Positions 24,262-37,077 are shown, counted from the stretch's first letter. The stretch: 64,000 nt of DNA from Camelus ferus (GCF_009834535.1 NC_045697.1:21578001-21642000); one strand, 5' to 3'. Notes: generated from the sequence alone by a model not told the origin. Translations and numbers: made by a program.

Positions 24262-24520
24262 TCAGTATTCTCAGCAGAGGACCTTGAAACAAAAAGATCC
24301 AAGTGCAATGCTTAGGAAGTGATCAAATTAAAAAGAGTAGAGAATGAGACATGGATTCAAATGGAAGGCAGCCAATAAAGTACACATTATCCAGCAAGTT
24401 GCCACTGTGTGCACTGGGGCTTATTAATCTGTGTGGAGGTCTTTGGGGATGAGTGTAGGATATTTCTCTCTGTGCGTTTCCATATAAGGGGCAAGTGATG
24501 TGATCTTTATCCATCCAATG
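24262..24520 (-). mobile_element. LTR33-like ERVL LTR fragment
   Basis: ggaaggcagccaataaagtacacattatccagcaagttgccactgtg...ctggggct. Confidence 0.6.
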
Positions 24521-24549
24521 GATGTAATAAAAATAATGATAAATTTAGT

Positions 24550-24789
24550 GAGTCTTTACCTCCAGTAAATAGAAAGTAAAAATTACATAAAACCAGTATG
24601 GAGATTTCTCACAAAACTAAAAATAAAACTACCATATTCCACTCCTGGGTATATATTCAAAAACAAAAACAAAAGTGCTAATTCAAAAGATACATGTATC
24701 CCAATATTCATAGCAACATTATTTACAATTGCCATGGTATGGAAGCAACCTAAATGTCCATCAACAAATATTTGGATACCGAAGATGTG

Positions 24790-24828
<39 letters not shown>

Positions 24829-25239
24829 GGAATACTACTCAGTTATAAGAAAGACTGAAATTTTGCCATTTGCAGCAGCATGGATGGACTTGGTGGACAT
24901 TATGCTAAATGAAATAAGTCAGACAAAGACAAATACTATATGACATCACTTCTATGTGGAATCTAAAAAATAAAACAAACTGGTGAATAAAACAGAAAAG
25001 AATATCTATATTTCACAGATATAGAGGATGAACTAGTGGTTACTATTGGGGAGAGGGAAGTGGGGAGAGGCAATATAGGAGTAGGGGCTTTTAAAAAAAG
25101 ACTTTTGGGATTATATGGACTCATGGTGTGAAACTTTTGAAAATTTTAAAACACTATAGAATTTAAAGAATCATTTAGTTACATTTAAGTTAAAAATAAA
25201 AACTAATAATAAAATTAAATTTGCTTTCTTGCAAAAAAA
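24550..25239 (+). mobile_element. 5'-truncated L1 (older subfamily) inserted in a MIR
   Basis: ORF2 end (MEYYSVIRKTEILPFAAAWMDLVDIMLNEISQ) plus 3' UTR; perfect 12-bp TSD gataaatttagt at 24538-24549 and 25240-25251. Confidence 0.9.
24792..24826. repeat. (CA)n microsatellite inside L1
   Basis: About 17 units read directly from sequence. Confidence 0.95.
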
Positions 25240-25470
25240 GATAAATTTAGTAGGTATTTAACTTTTTTTAGGCTCTGTGTTAGGTACAGCCATATGCATT
25301 AGTTAATTTAATATCACAGAAAGCCTGTGAAGCTGGTATTGTTATTTCTGTCCCCATTTCACAATGTTTACAGGTATTAGGTGATGTTCAAAGTTCAGGC
25401 ACACATTCAAAATTTGAACTCAGATGTTTGTCAACAATCATGTCAATATTTCATCACTGTTCGCTGTGCA
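25240..25470 (-). mobile_element. MIR SINE (interrupted by L1)
   Basis: aggctctgtgttagg...aatttaatatcacagaaagcctgtgaagctggtattgttat...ccccattt. Confidence 0.65.
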
Positions 25471-27087
25471 CTGCTTTTGATAATGGGCTTTAGCTCTTCA
25501 CTGGAATCATAGAAAGTACCAAAAGTTTTGTGAATTCATATAACATTCGGTGGCTATGCATGTGATCAAGCAGATGACTTACTGTCTCCTCAATTTCTGG
25601 AATTAGTTCATCAGTCTTGGTTTTGTCTATGTGTATTGCAAGCTTCCTTAGGACACTGGCAATTTTTCCATATTATTGACAAGGTACAACAATTTAATAT
25701 ATAATTGTTTTCTAAAATGTTGTTCTATGATATTAATGATAATTTCATATTTCATATGTTACTGAAAAGTTGCATCTAAACCTTTTATATCTGCCACTGT
25801 TAATGCAATTTTTTCTAATATTACTATGTCTACTATAACTTTTTAAAATTTCATATCTATTGGATTACATATTTTTTATAACAGTTTTCAACTCAGTGAC
25901 CCTACACTGTATGTGCACATAAAAATACATGCATCTATAATGTTATGCATCTATTTTATTAAATATATGAAAATTAAATTAGAGTGCCCTCTTAAAAATG
26001 CTTATTTTTAAAAAAATTTTTGAAAGCTTTACTAAAGTATACTAATAAAAATATACTATAATAATTCTATGTCAAGGAAGTTCATATTTTATTTTTGGCA
26101 GCAATAATTCACTATGTATCTTTGTAGCAGTCATTTATTTTCTACACATATAAAGAAGCAATACAGCAAGAGCATGAAAAGACACAATTGAATGATTAAT
26201 AGATATGTACAAAATTTTTTAAGAACTTGGCTTCCTTCCTCTGTTTAACAATGCTTATGTTACTTATAAGATAATGCAAATATTCCCACATTAATTCACC
26301 ACACTATCCTTTAAAATATGAGAAATTGTTAAATGGGGTGAAAAATGCAAGACATTTTAAAATTAAGCTATTATGCTAAGTTTATGCAAATATGAATATT
26401 ACTAGCTAAAATAATTTTTAAAATATTGCTTTTGAAATGTTCATTTCATTAGCATGCATATTCCTCTAAAAATCCTGCACTTAATATTGTTATTTGGAGA
26501 TAACACAGTGATTTTTATATATACATGCAGTAAATGCTTCATTTAAGTTGCACTTTAGCACATGAGACAAAAGGGAAATGTTCTCAGATTTGGAGGCATT
26601 TTCAAGTAGAAATAAAATATCCATAATATAATTTTCTTTTGTATTTGTTCAGTTTGGATGGTCAGAAAATATTGTGATTTAAATCCTGAAAATAGCAAAT
26701 AGTGTGGGCTCTCTGGTTTAAATCTATTTTCAAGAAGAAATATTTTAAAGAAAATTACTCACAGTTAATTGCAATGCAGTTGGTATAATATCATTTTACT
26801 CCCATCCCCAAATCCTGTTCAGACAGCACAATGATATCATCATAGTGCTGGAGAGAGAGCTAAAATGTTATCACTATCAGACCAGGGATTTTACCTAGTT
26901 TGTTCAATGTTGTCTGCTTAATGTCTAAAATACCACCTGGAATACACTAAGTGCCAAATAAATGTTAGTGAATTCTAATTTATTTGAAAAGATACACTCA
27001 AATGTATGCTTGATTAATACCACTGGATGCATCTTCTTTTAAAACTGATCCTGTTGCTAAACCATTTGAGACCACTTTTTCCCTCTG

Positions 27088-27600
27088 CATTCATGCATTT
27101 TGAAGCAAACATATTGAACATTTACTTCATGAAATGCACTATTACAAGGCCTGGAGGTATAACATATTGTTACATTGACAAATATCCGAGTTTAAAATCC
27201 ATTGAAAGTGCATAGAAAACAAAAGCAAAAAACCAAAAAAATGGTGATAATACATCTAGGAAGAAAAATAAATCAGAGAAAGAGAGTTCCGGGGACAGGA
27301 GGTTCCATGTAAGGATCTTTGGAAGGCTAGACAAAGTTTCACGAAAAAGGTGAGCACTGAGTAAGTACCTACATGAAATAGATCTATCCACAGTAATATC
27401 TTAGCCAAGAGCATTCTAGACAAAGAGAAACAGAAAAATATCAAACTCTCAGGTAGGAACATGTCTAATGTGTTCAGGGATCAACCTGAAAACTCCAATG
27501 GCTGGACTAGAATGAAAGGGTTCCGGAAATAGAAGATGACAATTGACTAAGGGTTATACCCTTAACACCAGCTACTGACTTTGGAATTTTAAAAGAATAG
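27088..27600 (-). mobile_element. LINE L2 fragment
   Basis: aagagcattctagacaaagagaaacag...aggtaggaacatgtctaatgtgttcaggga...caatggctggactaga. Confidence 0.65.
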
Positions 27601-27701
27601 GCAATTTAATATGCTTAAGTCTCCAAAAGAGAGAATACCTGTTTGCTTCGCAAGGTGCCGTTAGGTCCGGATGAATACCTGTATACATGAAGAAATTCCA
27701 G

Positions 27702-27940
27702 GCGGCAGAGTTGTAATGGCGATCAGGACTACAGACTTTGAAATCCCAGCCATGCCAGCTGGTAGTCGTGTGACCCTGAATAAGTGATTTAACCTCTCTG
27801 GGCTTTAGTTTTCTCAATCCCAAAATGGGGACGATGGCCATGCCTCATAGATTGTTGGAGCATGAAATGAAATATGCACATGCTCTCAACACTATGTCTG
27901 GTAAAGAAATGCTCTAAAAATATGTGAGGTTTAGTATTAT
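27702..27940 (+). mobile_element. MIR SINE
   Basis: gtgtgaccctgaataagtgatttaacctctctgggctttagttttctcaatcccaaaatgggg; accounts for most of ORF 27572..27841. Confidence 0.8.
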
Positions 27941-28373
27941 TTTAGAATTTTAAAAGTGGCAATAATAGAGTAGTAGTTCTGGTAGCATATGATTACAGAA
28001 TCAGAATGGGCGGTTTTAAGAGTCATAAAAACGATGAAGATGTAAGTCATTTATGCAAATATTCTCTTAGTATTCAGAAAAAACAATGTTAAGTGAATCC
28101 CATTAACTACACCTGGAGAAGCACATTGACGATATACAGGGGGTGTGGGCTTTTCAAAGAGACGACAGCGACTCCTAGGCAATGGCAAGGATTGAGGGAG
28201 AACAAGCCATGCTAAATGAACCACATAATGGAATTATTTATTACAGAGAAAGTTCTAAGAGATGCTGTAAGAATCACGTATCTTAATTTTATTGAAGTGT
28301 TAACAGATCTTTCATAGTATTATCTTTATGAGTGGACAATGTCAGCCTATGAGGAGAGTAAGAGTCACAGAGT

Positions 28374-28800
28374 TGTTTTAGGTTGGATTATCCCGGAAGC
28401 ATTCTGAGACAGAGATTTCCTGCGGAGTGTTTAGGGAGAGCAATTGCTGCAGAGTGGAGCCAGCAGGGGCCAGTGGAGGAGAAGGCAGAATTCTGGTAGA
28501 GTCGCACCCGGGGCCTCAGCCTGTTTCCACAGGGAGCTTTCAAGCTAGGATGGCCATTCAGGATTGATCTGACTTGAGACGAGAGGGCCAGGCCTTTTTA
28601 ATCCCACATCAGCCAGCCATGGGTGTGGGCTGCTCAGGAGGGAAGGTCCTAACCCTAGGCCAGGCAGCTCCTTTGGGCAAAGGCAATTCCCAGAGAGGGA
28701 CTCAGCTCAGTCTGCAGCTGAAAGTCCTGGAAGCTGAGAGAGGAGGGGCTGGTGAGCGCTCAGGTCCTGAAGAGCTTATGGAAGAGACAGTCTCTCCACA
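28374..28800 (-). mobile_element. LTR16-family ERVL solo LTR
   Basis: ctgagacagagattt...ggcctcagcc...ccacagggagct...gccaggccttttt...ggcagctcctttgggcaaaggcaattccc. Confidence 0.75.
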
Positions 28801-29519
28801 TCCTCCATTTGGCCTCCTGGATTCTGTCCGGGCCTTTTTCCAACATCTCATTTGGAAAACATTCTCATAATGCAGAATTCAGATAATTAATTAATTAATC
28901 AATCCTGGACTTACTGGATAATATTACAAGAAAGCAATTATCTTAGTAGTAAGCTGCTGAAACTAGTCATGTAACCATAAATATGAATGCAAGATATAAC
29001 ATATAGATTGAAAAACTAAATGACAAAAATAAGATAGCTTAATGGCAAAATACACAACAAACCAAAGCAAATCTCCTGTAGAAGTAAGTATAGGATACCA
29101 AAATTCCAGACTACAAATTTACAATGCATAATAGCAATATAGCATCCTTGTTAAAGAATGCTCCTCTGCTTATAGACCCTGCCCTCGTCAGAGAACATGG
29201 AAAAGCCTGTGTGGTTCAGAAGGAACTGGATCTGAAACTGGAAAAGTCACTCCAGCGCCTGCACATTTAACCCAGACCACACAGCCTTCTCAGTGTGAAC
29301 AATCCAAATCTGTAAACTTTGCTGATACAACCTTGACCAAATTACCTAAGAACCGGTTTGAGATTTCCTTAAAATTTCTGTTTGTATTCTACCATACTTG
29401 TATTTCTTATTTTGATGAAACAATATATGCGCTTTAAGTATATTAAGATTATGTTACTTTTATTTTACATTATAATCCCTATTATGCTAGCAGAGTATAA
29501 TATAAAGAATATGTGACTT

Positions 29520-30090
29520 TATGTTATTATTAAATTTGGAGGTGAGTACATATGTTTTCCTTTTGTAATTGTTCGACAGACCATACATGTACATTTTAAC
29601 TTCTTTTTCATATGAATACTATGTTTAATAATAAAAGAAAATAAAAGAAATACGAACAAGTAAAACAAAGAACATGCAATTTCCCATAACCCCAGGTTGT
29701 AGAGATAATCATCACTGGCACTTTGGAATAAATCTTTGTATGTGTGTATCAAAAAATGTGCAGTATTTAGACTTTATAACCTGCTTTTCTTTTTTTTTCC
29801 ACTTTGCATGTCATGAACCTGTTCTTATGCCAGTAAACATTTGCTAACAGCCTTATCTTAATGACTGAAGCATATTCTACTCTATGAATTTACCATAATA
29901 TATTCAATAATGGATGTGCCATTTATTCATTCTGCTGGACATTCAACTTATTTCAATTTTTATGTCCACTAGAATGCTTTAAGAAGCAATCTTAAATTTA
30001 AAGATTTTTGTGCATCCCTACTATTTTCTTAGGATACACTTCTAGGTATGTTAATTGTTGAGTCAAAGTGGATCAATGTTTTCAGGGCTT
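29520..30090 (-). mobile_element. Old L1 (L1ME-like) 3' fragments
   Basis: taatgactgaagcatattctactctatgaatttaccataa...ggacattcaacttatttc...ttcttaggatacacttctagg. Confidence 0.6.
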
Positions 30091-30257
30091 CTTTTTAACA
30101 TCTGTAATTGCTGGTGTTGTTGGTAAAGTCTGATCACTCCTGCATCTCTGTCAGCATTTTAACTCACTCTTACCTAATAGAAGTCCACTTGAACTAGGAG
30201 TAAAATAGCAATCCCTAATATGAAACAACTAACATTCATTGAATTCTGTAGTTGGTT

Positions 30258-30631
30258 GTGTGTAGCATCTCCAAGAACTTCCTCCAGGACTTCAGGATTT
30301 TCTCCCTGCTGGGAATGTTGCTAGTAACATCTCACGGCTATCAGCCTGTTCTGGAAATTGGTGGTGCTGAAGGCTGTCTTTGTTCAGTGTCGTATCTATG
30401 TCCCAGGAAGAGCTAACCCCTGAGGACTAGCTGATGTTGGAGTATAAAATACCAGTCCTTACTAGCGTGATACACTGAGAACCTTTCTGACTAAAAACCC
30501 TTCTCTCACTTCTCCCCTATGTGTTCATCCTCATAGTACTTACTACCCGTCCTGCACATAGTACTTACTACCCATCTTGCATGCTAACCCCTGTCTCAGA
30601 GCTGGCTTCCTTGTGAATCCACCTTGCATCA
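30258..30631 (+). mobile_element. LTR16-family ERVL LTR nested in a MIR
   Basis: gctgggaatgttgct...ggagtataaaa...tgcatgctaacccctgtctcagagctggcttcc. Confidence 0.65.
30532..30581 (+). repeat. 25-bp tandem duplication
   Basis: catagtacttactacccgtcctgca / catagtacttactacccatcttgca (23/25 identical). Confidence 0.95.
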
Positions 30632-30875
30632 TGGACCTACCATGGGCGGGTACAGTGCTGCGTTTCATATCCACTATCTCATTTAATCTATTCAATAATA
30701 GATAGACGGTATGATAGGTGAAATCGGCAGTATGATTACTATGTTCACTTTACAGGTAAAATAATCTCCAGCTGTTTAAACAGCTTGTCCTAGGACAAGC
30801 CATCCAGCTAGTGAAGCCAGGATTCAACACCAGATATCTGACCCCAAAGCCCATGTACTTCACGGTACTTCCTCT
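30632..30875 (-). mobile_element. MIR SINE
   Basis: tatctcatttaatct...tttacagg...gaagccaggattcaacaccagatatctgaccccaaagcccatg. Confidence 0.75.
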
Positions 30876-32506
30876 GGACTCACACTGAACAACACAAATT
30901 GATAGTCTTAGTACTTCAAGAACAGTGAATAATGTTTGTGCTCCATTGTCCTCCAGGCTAATTTAGAGTCTTTCCTTGCTTTCACATCTCCTCATTTTGA
31001 TTTACATTTAACTCTTTAAATACCAATCACTCTCACTAAATAGTAAGTTCCATAAGGGCAGTTAGTAACATCACTCATAATACACAGTATGCTCTATGAG
31101 TAAACTGCATTTGAATAAAAGAGTGAATGTATTTGCCCATATTCATTTAGATTTATTTATGCTAAATCAGGTCTACAATCTGGTCTAGACAGATTTCTAT
31201 CTGATTTGGCCACCAAAGAACAGGCTGTTAAATAATTCTTCCTTGATCTCAGCTCAGATAAAAAGTATAATTATCTTACAATTGGAAAAAAAATAATGGA
31301 TAATAAATTTTATTGTGTTACTAAGTCTTGTGTAGATTAATATTCCACCTTTTCCCTAAACTTCCCACTCTCTAATGTCAATGTAGAGTTCTTTATAAAA
31401 ATTGGTACATACTGTCTTATCATTTTCCACTTCATATACTTTGATCACATGCCTTTTCAGCTTTTGTCTTTTATCTCAAACATACAACAAATAGATTCCA
31501 GCTGTCTGGAAATTGCCAACACAAACTAATGGGAAATTCAAAATTGTAAAAATTATACCATTACTATAAAATATGTTATATTTTCTCTTAAGTTTTTCAC
31601 TTTTTATTCAAATGATTGTAAATCTACCTTTGCAATAGAATATCATGCCCTATGTGTTGTTTCTGATTTACCACCAAATTTTATTTTGGCGATACTTAGA
31701 ATATAATTGCTATATTTTCAACAGTACATTTTAAAAATATTATTTTATAGAAACATATAATGATAAGTTAGTCTCACTTTGGTAATATTACTAATTTACT
31801 CATAAGACTTTAAAACAACATTAACATTTTTCTGAATGAGTAACTGCTACTCAAAATTTGTAATGACTGCTCAATTGAGGGTGTTTATATATGAAAAAAT
31901 TATTATTTGACTATCAAGTACAATTTGATTCTAAATAAGATTTCATTTATAAGAGAATTTGAATGTGAGTTTGAGGTAACAGGATTTGAAGCAGGAACAA
32001 ACTAAGAAGAGACAAAGAATCCAACGCAAATCAGTAATCCAGCAATGGAGTAGGTCATTAGAATTGACCTTGATGGTGAACACTCTTCCAGTTGCATGAC
32101 TGGAAACAGTGCTGCCATTTCCACAAGGATTTGGTTGCTCAACTTTTCTCTTGATGCCTGATCTCATGACAGAGATTCCACTTTTCCTTATATCCACGTC
32201 TATTTTTCTAATAAATGCCCTATTAGTTTTGGTAATTTTAGCACTCTATGTTCCCTGCAATCAAAACAGCCCTACAGAAGAATTCATGTCATAGCAAGTG
32301 TATTATTAACAGCTATCACTTTAGAATGTGATCTTTTATTGCAACAGTAGATTTTACATATAAATTATGCTGCAACAGTGGCAATGGTTGCATGCATATT
32401 TTCTCCCAAAGGATAAATCTATGTATATGTAAAGCTGGATTCTAATTGGAATCACACGAATTTAACAGCTATAGAGTTATCAGCAATCACGGTTGATGAA
32501 GAGCAG

Positions 32507-32977
32507 TGTATCAGCTTCTTGAGGCTGCTGTAACAAATTACTACAACCTGGGTGTCTTAAAGTAACATTAATGCATTCTTCCACAGTTTTGGAGGCCAGA
32601 AGTCTGGAATCAAGGTGTCTGCAGTGTCATGCTCCCTCCATAGTTTCTAAGAGGGCATCCTTGAATCTTCCAGCTTCTAGTGATGGCAGAAGTTTCTTGT
32701 TTTGTGGCCATCTCTTTGAAATCCTTGGCTCCATGGCCACATTGCCTCTCTTCTCTCCAAAATTAACTCTGTCCCTTTATTTATAAAGATGCCTATAATT
32801 ATATTTAGGGTCCGGCTAGATAATACAGAATAAATTGTTCCTCTCAAGATCCTAAACTTAACTCATGTCTTTTGCCATAAGTGATGTGTAAAGTTCACTC
32901 TTTTAACAGATAAAATAATATTCACAGGTTCCAGGGATTAAGATGTTGGACGTCTCTCTTTAGTGGCCACTTTTCAG
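32507..32977 (-). mobile_element. MLT1C-like MaLR solo LTR
   Basis: tgtatcag...ggctgctgtaacaaattactacaa...ggaggccagaagtctggaatcaaggtgt...attcacaggttccagggattaa. Confidence 0.85.
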
Positions 32978-33454
32978 AAATAATAAAAATATCACTTCCA
33001 TTTAAACTTTGAAGTTATTTTGATCAATGTGATTTGAAAACCTTGTCTCTTGGCAATGTTAACTAAATCACAAAGCTAATTCTGAAAGATGCATGAAGGT
33101 TTGTCCACTCACTGCTCAAATCCTTTATTCTCTCCATTTCATGCCACACTTGGACTAAATCCATTAAGCTAAATGACCATAAACTATCTTAGGTTTGAAA
33201 TATTAATTTGTGATTTAAACTCTCTTTGATATGAAGGATTTCTTCCTAAAGTTAAAATGAACATTTAGAAATATATTTTAGTAATATTGAAGAAATTATT
33301 AAAAATACAAAGTGGCATGTCATGATTTGTTAATTACTTTTATATTAGCAAAAATTTAATGTACTGGTCTTAAGATTTTATTTAAAAGATGAGAATTTAA
33401 ATGCTCACTTTTATTTAAAAATTTTTTTTGATAAAATAACATGATGTTGAACAC

Positions 33455-33710
33455 GATATTGACGATAGCCAACATTTATGGAGTGAAAACAAAGATATTG
33501 TTACATATCTGGCTAAAGAATTAAATCCTCACAGCAATTAAGATAGTTACATCCTATGGTTTTCACCATTTTACACACAAAAAAAAATACAGAATAGCGC
33601 AATTAAATTATTTGCTAAAGGCTGTGAAGTAGTAAAGTGGTTTGGCGGGGATTTGAAGTCAAGTAGTCTGTTTCTAGTGTCTGTGCTTTTAGCTACTATG
33701 TTATGCTGTA
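33455..33710 (-). mobile_element. MIR SINE
   Basis: atagccaacatttatggag...aatcctcacagcaa...ggcggggatttgaagtcaagtagtctg. Confidence 0.7.
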
Positions 33711-36380
33711 AACTGATTTGTTTTCAGACATCTGTACTTGCAGTTCATTTCAATATTCCAGAACTGGTATAGGAAAGTCCATGTGAAAAGGAGTATTTAT
33801 TCCTTCACAAAGGGATTCATCCTAGAGCATAAATAAGTTATATTAGATATTTTATATATTAATATATATCTGGAACTGATAGCTGGTGTGCGTGCATGTG
33901 TGTGTATGCATATAAGTGTGTAAGGACACCGCAGCTGTGTTAAACACTTATGTTTCTCCCTAGAAATCAATTTATGGCTATTTCACCATAGACCATAGCC
34001 AGAATAAATCCTAAATCTTTTAAGTAAACTGCTATACATGTATGTATCATTGTTGAGTTTTCAACTGGCCAAACCACATATTGACAAGAAGTTTAATTTT
34101 TTTACTTTATGATATATAAGAAATTCTGTTGTATAATTTTATTAATAGCTTATAATTCAATAAATCTAATAAATATGGACCTTTTATATAATGAATTATA
34201 AATGTAAGGAGAACATATTGATTCATTATTAGTTCTTGCCAAACCAAGCAGATGCTTTTATGTCAAGAATATCGATAATAGAAAAAAATCAACTTGTGTA
34301 GTAGGAAGCAAATATAAAATGATCAGAATAAATAAAAAATTAACATTATCATTGAGAATTTCTCCTTTTTTATATTCCCCACTCTTTACATTGGTTTTAT
34401 ATCTGTATCTTGATCACATTCTCCATTCAATTTTTACTTAAATAAAAATTTTATTAAGTTTAAAAATAAAAAAATAAAAATAGGAAAAAAGTAATTAGTA
34501 TTAGAAATCTACAGAATGTTATTAGAAATCATTTGCTACATTTATTTAAGAAGACACATCTAATTTCACTTATTCTCAGTGTTAATTTGGTAAATTAATA
34601 AAATTATAAAAGTCCCTTTTCTATGTTAAAAAAATCAATCAAGGTATCAATTTATCAAAGAAAGGTTAAATAACAAACATTACATTGTGCAGAAAACTAC
34701 TTGATCTCAAATCCATTTTTCAGATCTCAGCTGCTGCAAAAAATTATTTTTCAGTCTCTCGAGGAAAATATAGAAAAATTAATTGTGGTGGTTAGTTATT
34801 GCATTACAGTTTTGAGTACAATTTGAGGTCAATGAGTAACAATTTCTCAGAAAGATAAATTTCATATTCTTGTTAACAAAAGGATATGTAATATTCCTAA
34901 AGTTCTTATGAGAAATATTTGTCCAAAAGTCCTAGCTGTTTAATGTAAGAACAAGAAACAGAGGCAATCAGCCCTTTGAACCCACTGCAATTAATAAGGG
35001 AAGTATGCTTTACCTCAGGAAGGGCTGTAAAAGAAATAAACCACTGCCTCACGTGAAGTTACCCCTTTGACGGAAATGCAGATTAACCCTGTTTTTTATA
35101 TCTTCCAAAGTGGCAAGGGGTCATTCGATGTTGTGAGCCATTTGTAAAAAAGAAATCTCACAATAAAAGGGGTGAAACAGTTATAGCATCATCTGAATAT
35201 TCTAGTCCTTGGATGTTTTAAATAGGGAAAAGAAAAAAAAAAGTAAGCATCAGAATGACTTGATACCATCTCAAAGTTTCTATGGTAGTAGAATACTAAA
35301 TTTGCTGTTTAAAAAATATACATCAATAAAACAAGCCTAACCCAATTAGCTAATACACAAAAAATGTAACATTATTAAAAAAATAAAATATTTACAAAAA
35401 TATAATTACTTGGCAGTTACTGTATCCCAGGAACATGTGTTATCCTGTATTCCTACAACAAACTTCTGAGAAGAGCAGTATTCTTGCTCCGACTTTGTAG
35501 CTATAAATCCAGGCACTGTATGATTCATTACTTGCCCAGACTCACTTACTCATTAAATGGGGAAGGTTTTGGGTGGGTGTGCAGAACGTGAACAGACACA
35601 TCCTATCAATGCACCTGTGCTTTTAACCACTGCATCCTCCAGCAAATGAAAAATAGCCTCACATGCAGATAACACAGAGTACATAGAGGCTGCTGTTGGC
35701 TCCCAAAAGTTAGAGGACAAAGACTTTATTGAAGGCAGCTTTATTACATGTTGCTTTTTTTTCTCATGCCTTTTTTTTTTTAAAGAATTATTTTGGTAAC
35801 TTATAGAATTATTAATTTCAAACTTCTTATGTGGCTTTTTTTTTAACCAAAGGTGCATAATATGTGTCTCCAGTAAATAACACTATTTTTGGAGATTTGA
35901 GATGCCTACTGAATTCCATTTTCAGGTTTGTTTTGGGGAGGTAGGGTGATGACAGGTCCTTTGAGGCAGGAAGCAAAGGTTACATTAATCCTAGTTCTAC
36001 AAACTGTGAAATTAGAAATACCTAATTTTTCAGAATATGTTCTTCAAAATTGTTGAACACTGAGACTAAACTGTTACTCTGTTTATTATTCTACCAAATG
36101 GAGGTCTTACTGATCATTCTTCACTTTTAACCAATACCATTTCAATTGACGTCCATATTTACAATCAAGATGAGCTGTAGGACACTGGCACTCATGCTCC
36201 CCATCATTAAGGACGGAGTTCTCAGTATGGTTAGATGGGAAACACAAGGTATTGTGATATAAGAAGTAAAAGTGAAAAAATTATGTATGACTTTATTGGT
36301 TAGACCAAAGACCTCATATATTTTCAAGCTTCATGACTAAATTTTAGCAGTTATTGGCATTGTCTTAAATAATATACTAT

Positions 36381-36755
36381 TTATCTTAGGCTGATATCTC
36401 TGACTGTTAATCCTGGGAAGATGTGTGCAGGAGAATTATTGTAGAGTGCTTTGTGGAAAGAAACCTAAAGGAGAGCAAGGGAAGCAGAACTGAGCTGGGG
36501 AAGTGGGGGTTGGATTTGAACCTCACTGAAGTTACAAGGGAGATCTCAGCCAATTCCATCAGATTTGTTCTGAATTGATGCTTTGACAGTGCCTTTTTAG
36601 CCAGTATGGACCCAGTCACTGAACGTGAGCTAACCCCAGGGCCAGCAAATAGATGAACTGGAGTTGTCAACTACCAACACTCCTGGCAGCTGGAAAAACG
36701 AGAGCATGGGTCTTAAAAAGGAAATCTGGGCAGCACCCAGCAGCATCCACTACTA
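36381..36755 (-). mobile_element. LTR16-family ERVL LTR
   Basis: agggaagcagaactgagc...ctcagccaattcca...ccaacactcctggcagctgg...ctgggcagcacccagcagcatccactac. Confidence 0.7.
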
Positions 36756-37077
36756 CATTATGTTTTCTTTTAAATCCCCCAAAGATTTTTGTAAACATTT
36801 TTATGGACAGGGGCAGCCATATTTCTTTGTCTATAGAACTCAAGAATATGTTAATTTCTAATTACTTCAGGCATTTGAAGTGGGTGTTAGATGGCAGTTA
36901 GGAGGAGGTGGGTTGTGAGACGTGGACAGTGCTCAAGACCATGGCCAATTCAAGCAACGAGGAAACTAAACCTATCCTATCCACTAAATACTACACATTC
37001 AATGATCTTACAATGTTTGACTTATGATCCATATGTAATGTATGTCCTAGTAGTTTTTGTTTTTAATTAAAAATTAA

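Noticed and set aside
27633..27682. Repeat-spacer-repeat pattern reminiscent of CRISPR
   Set aside because: Only two 10-bp repeats, mammalian context and no cas genes
31943..32197. 84-aa minus-strand ORF in unique DNA
   Set aside because: Non-ATG start, no convincing splice signals and no recognisable homology
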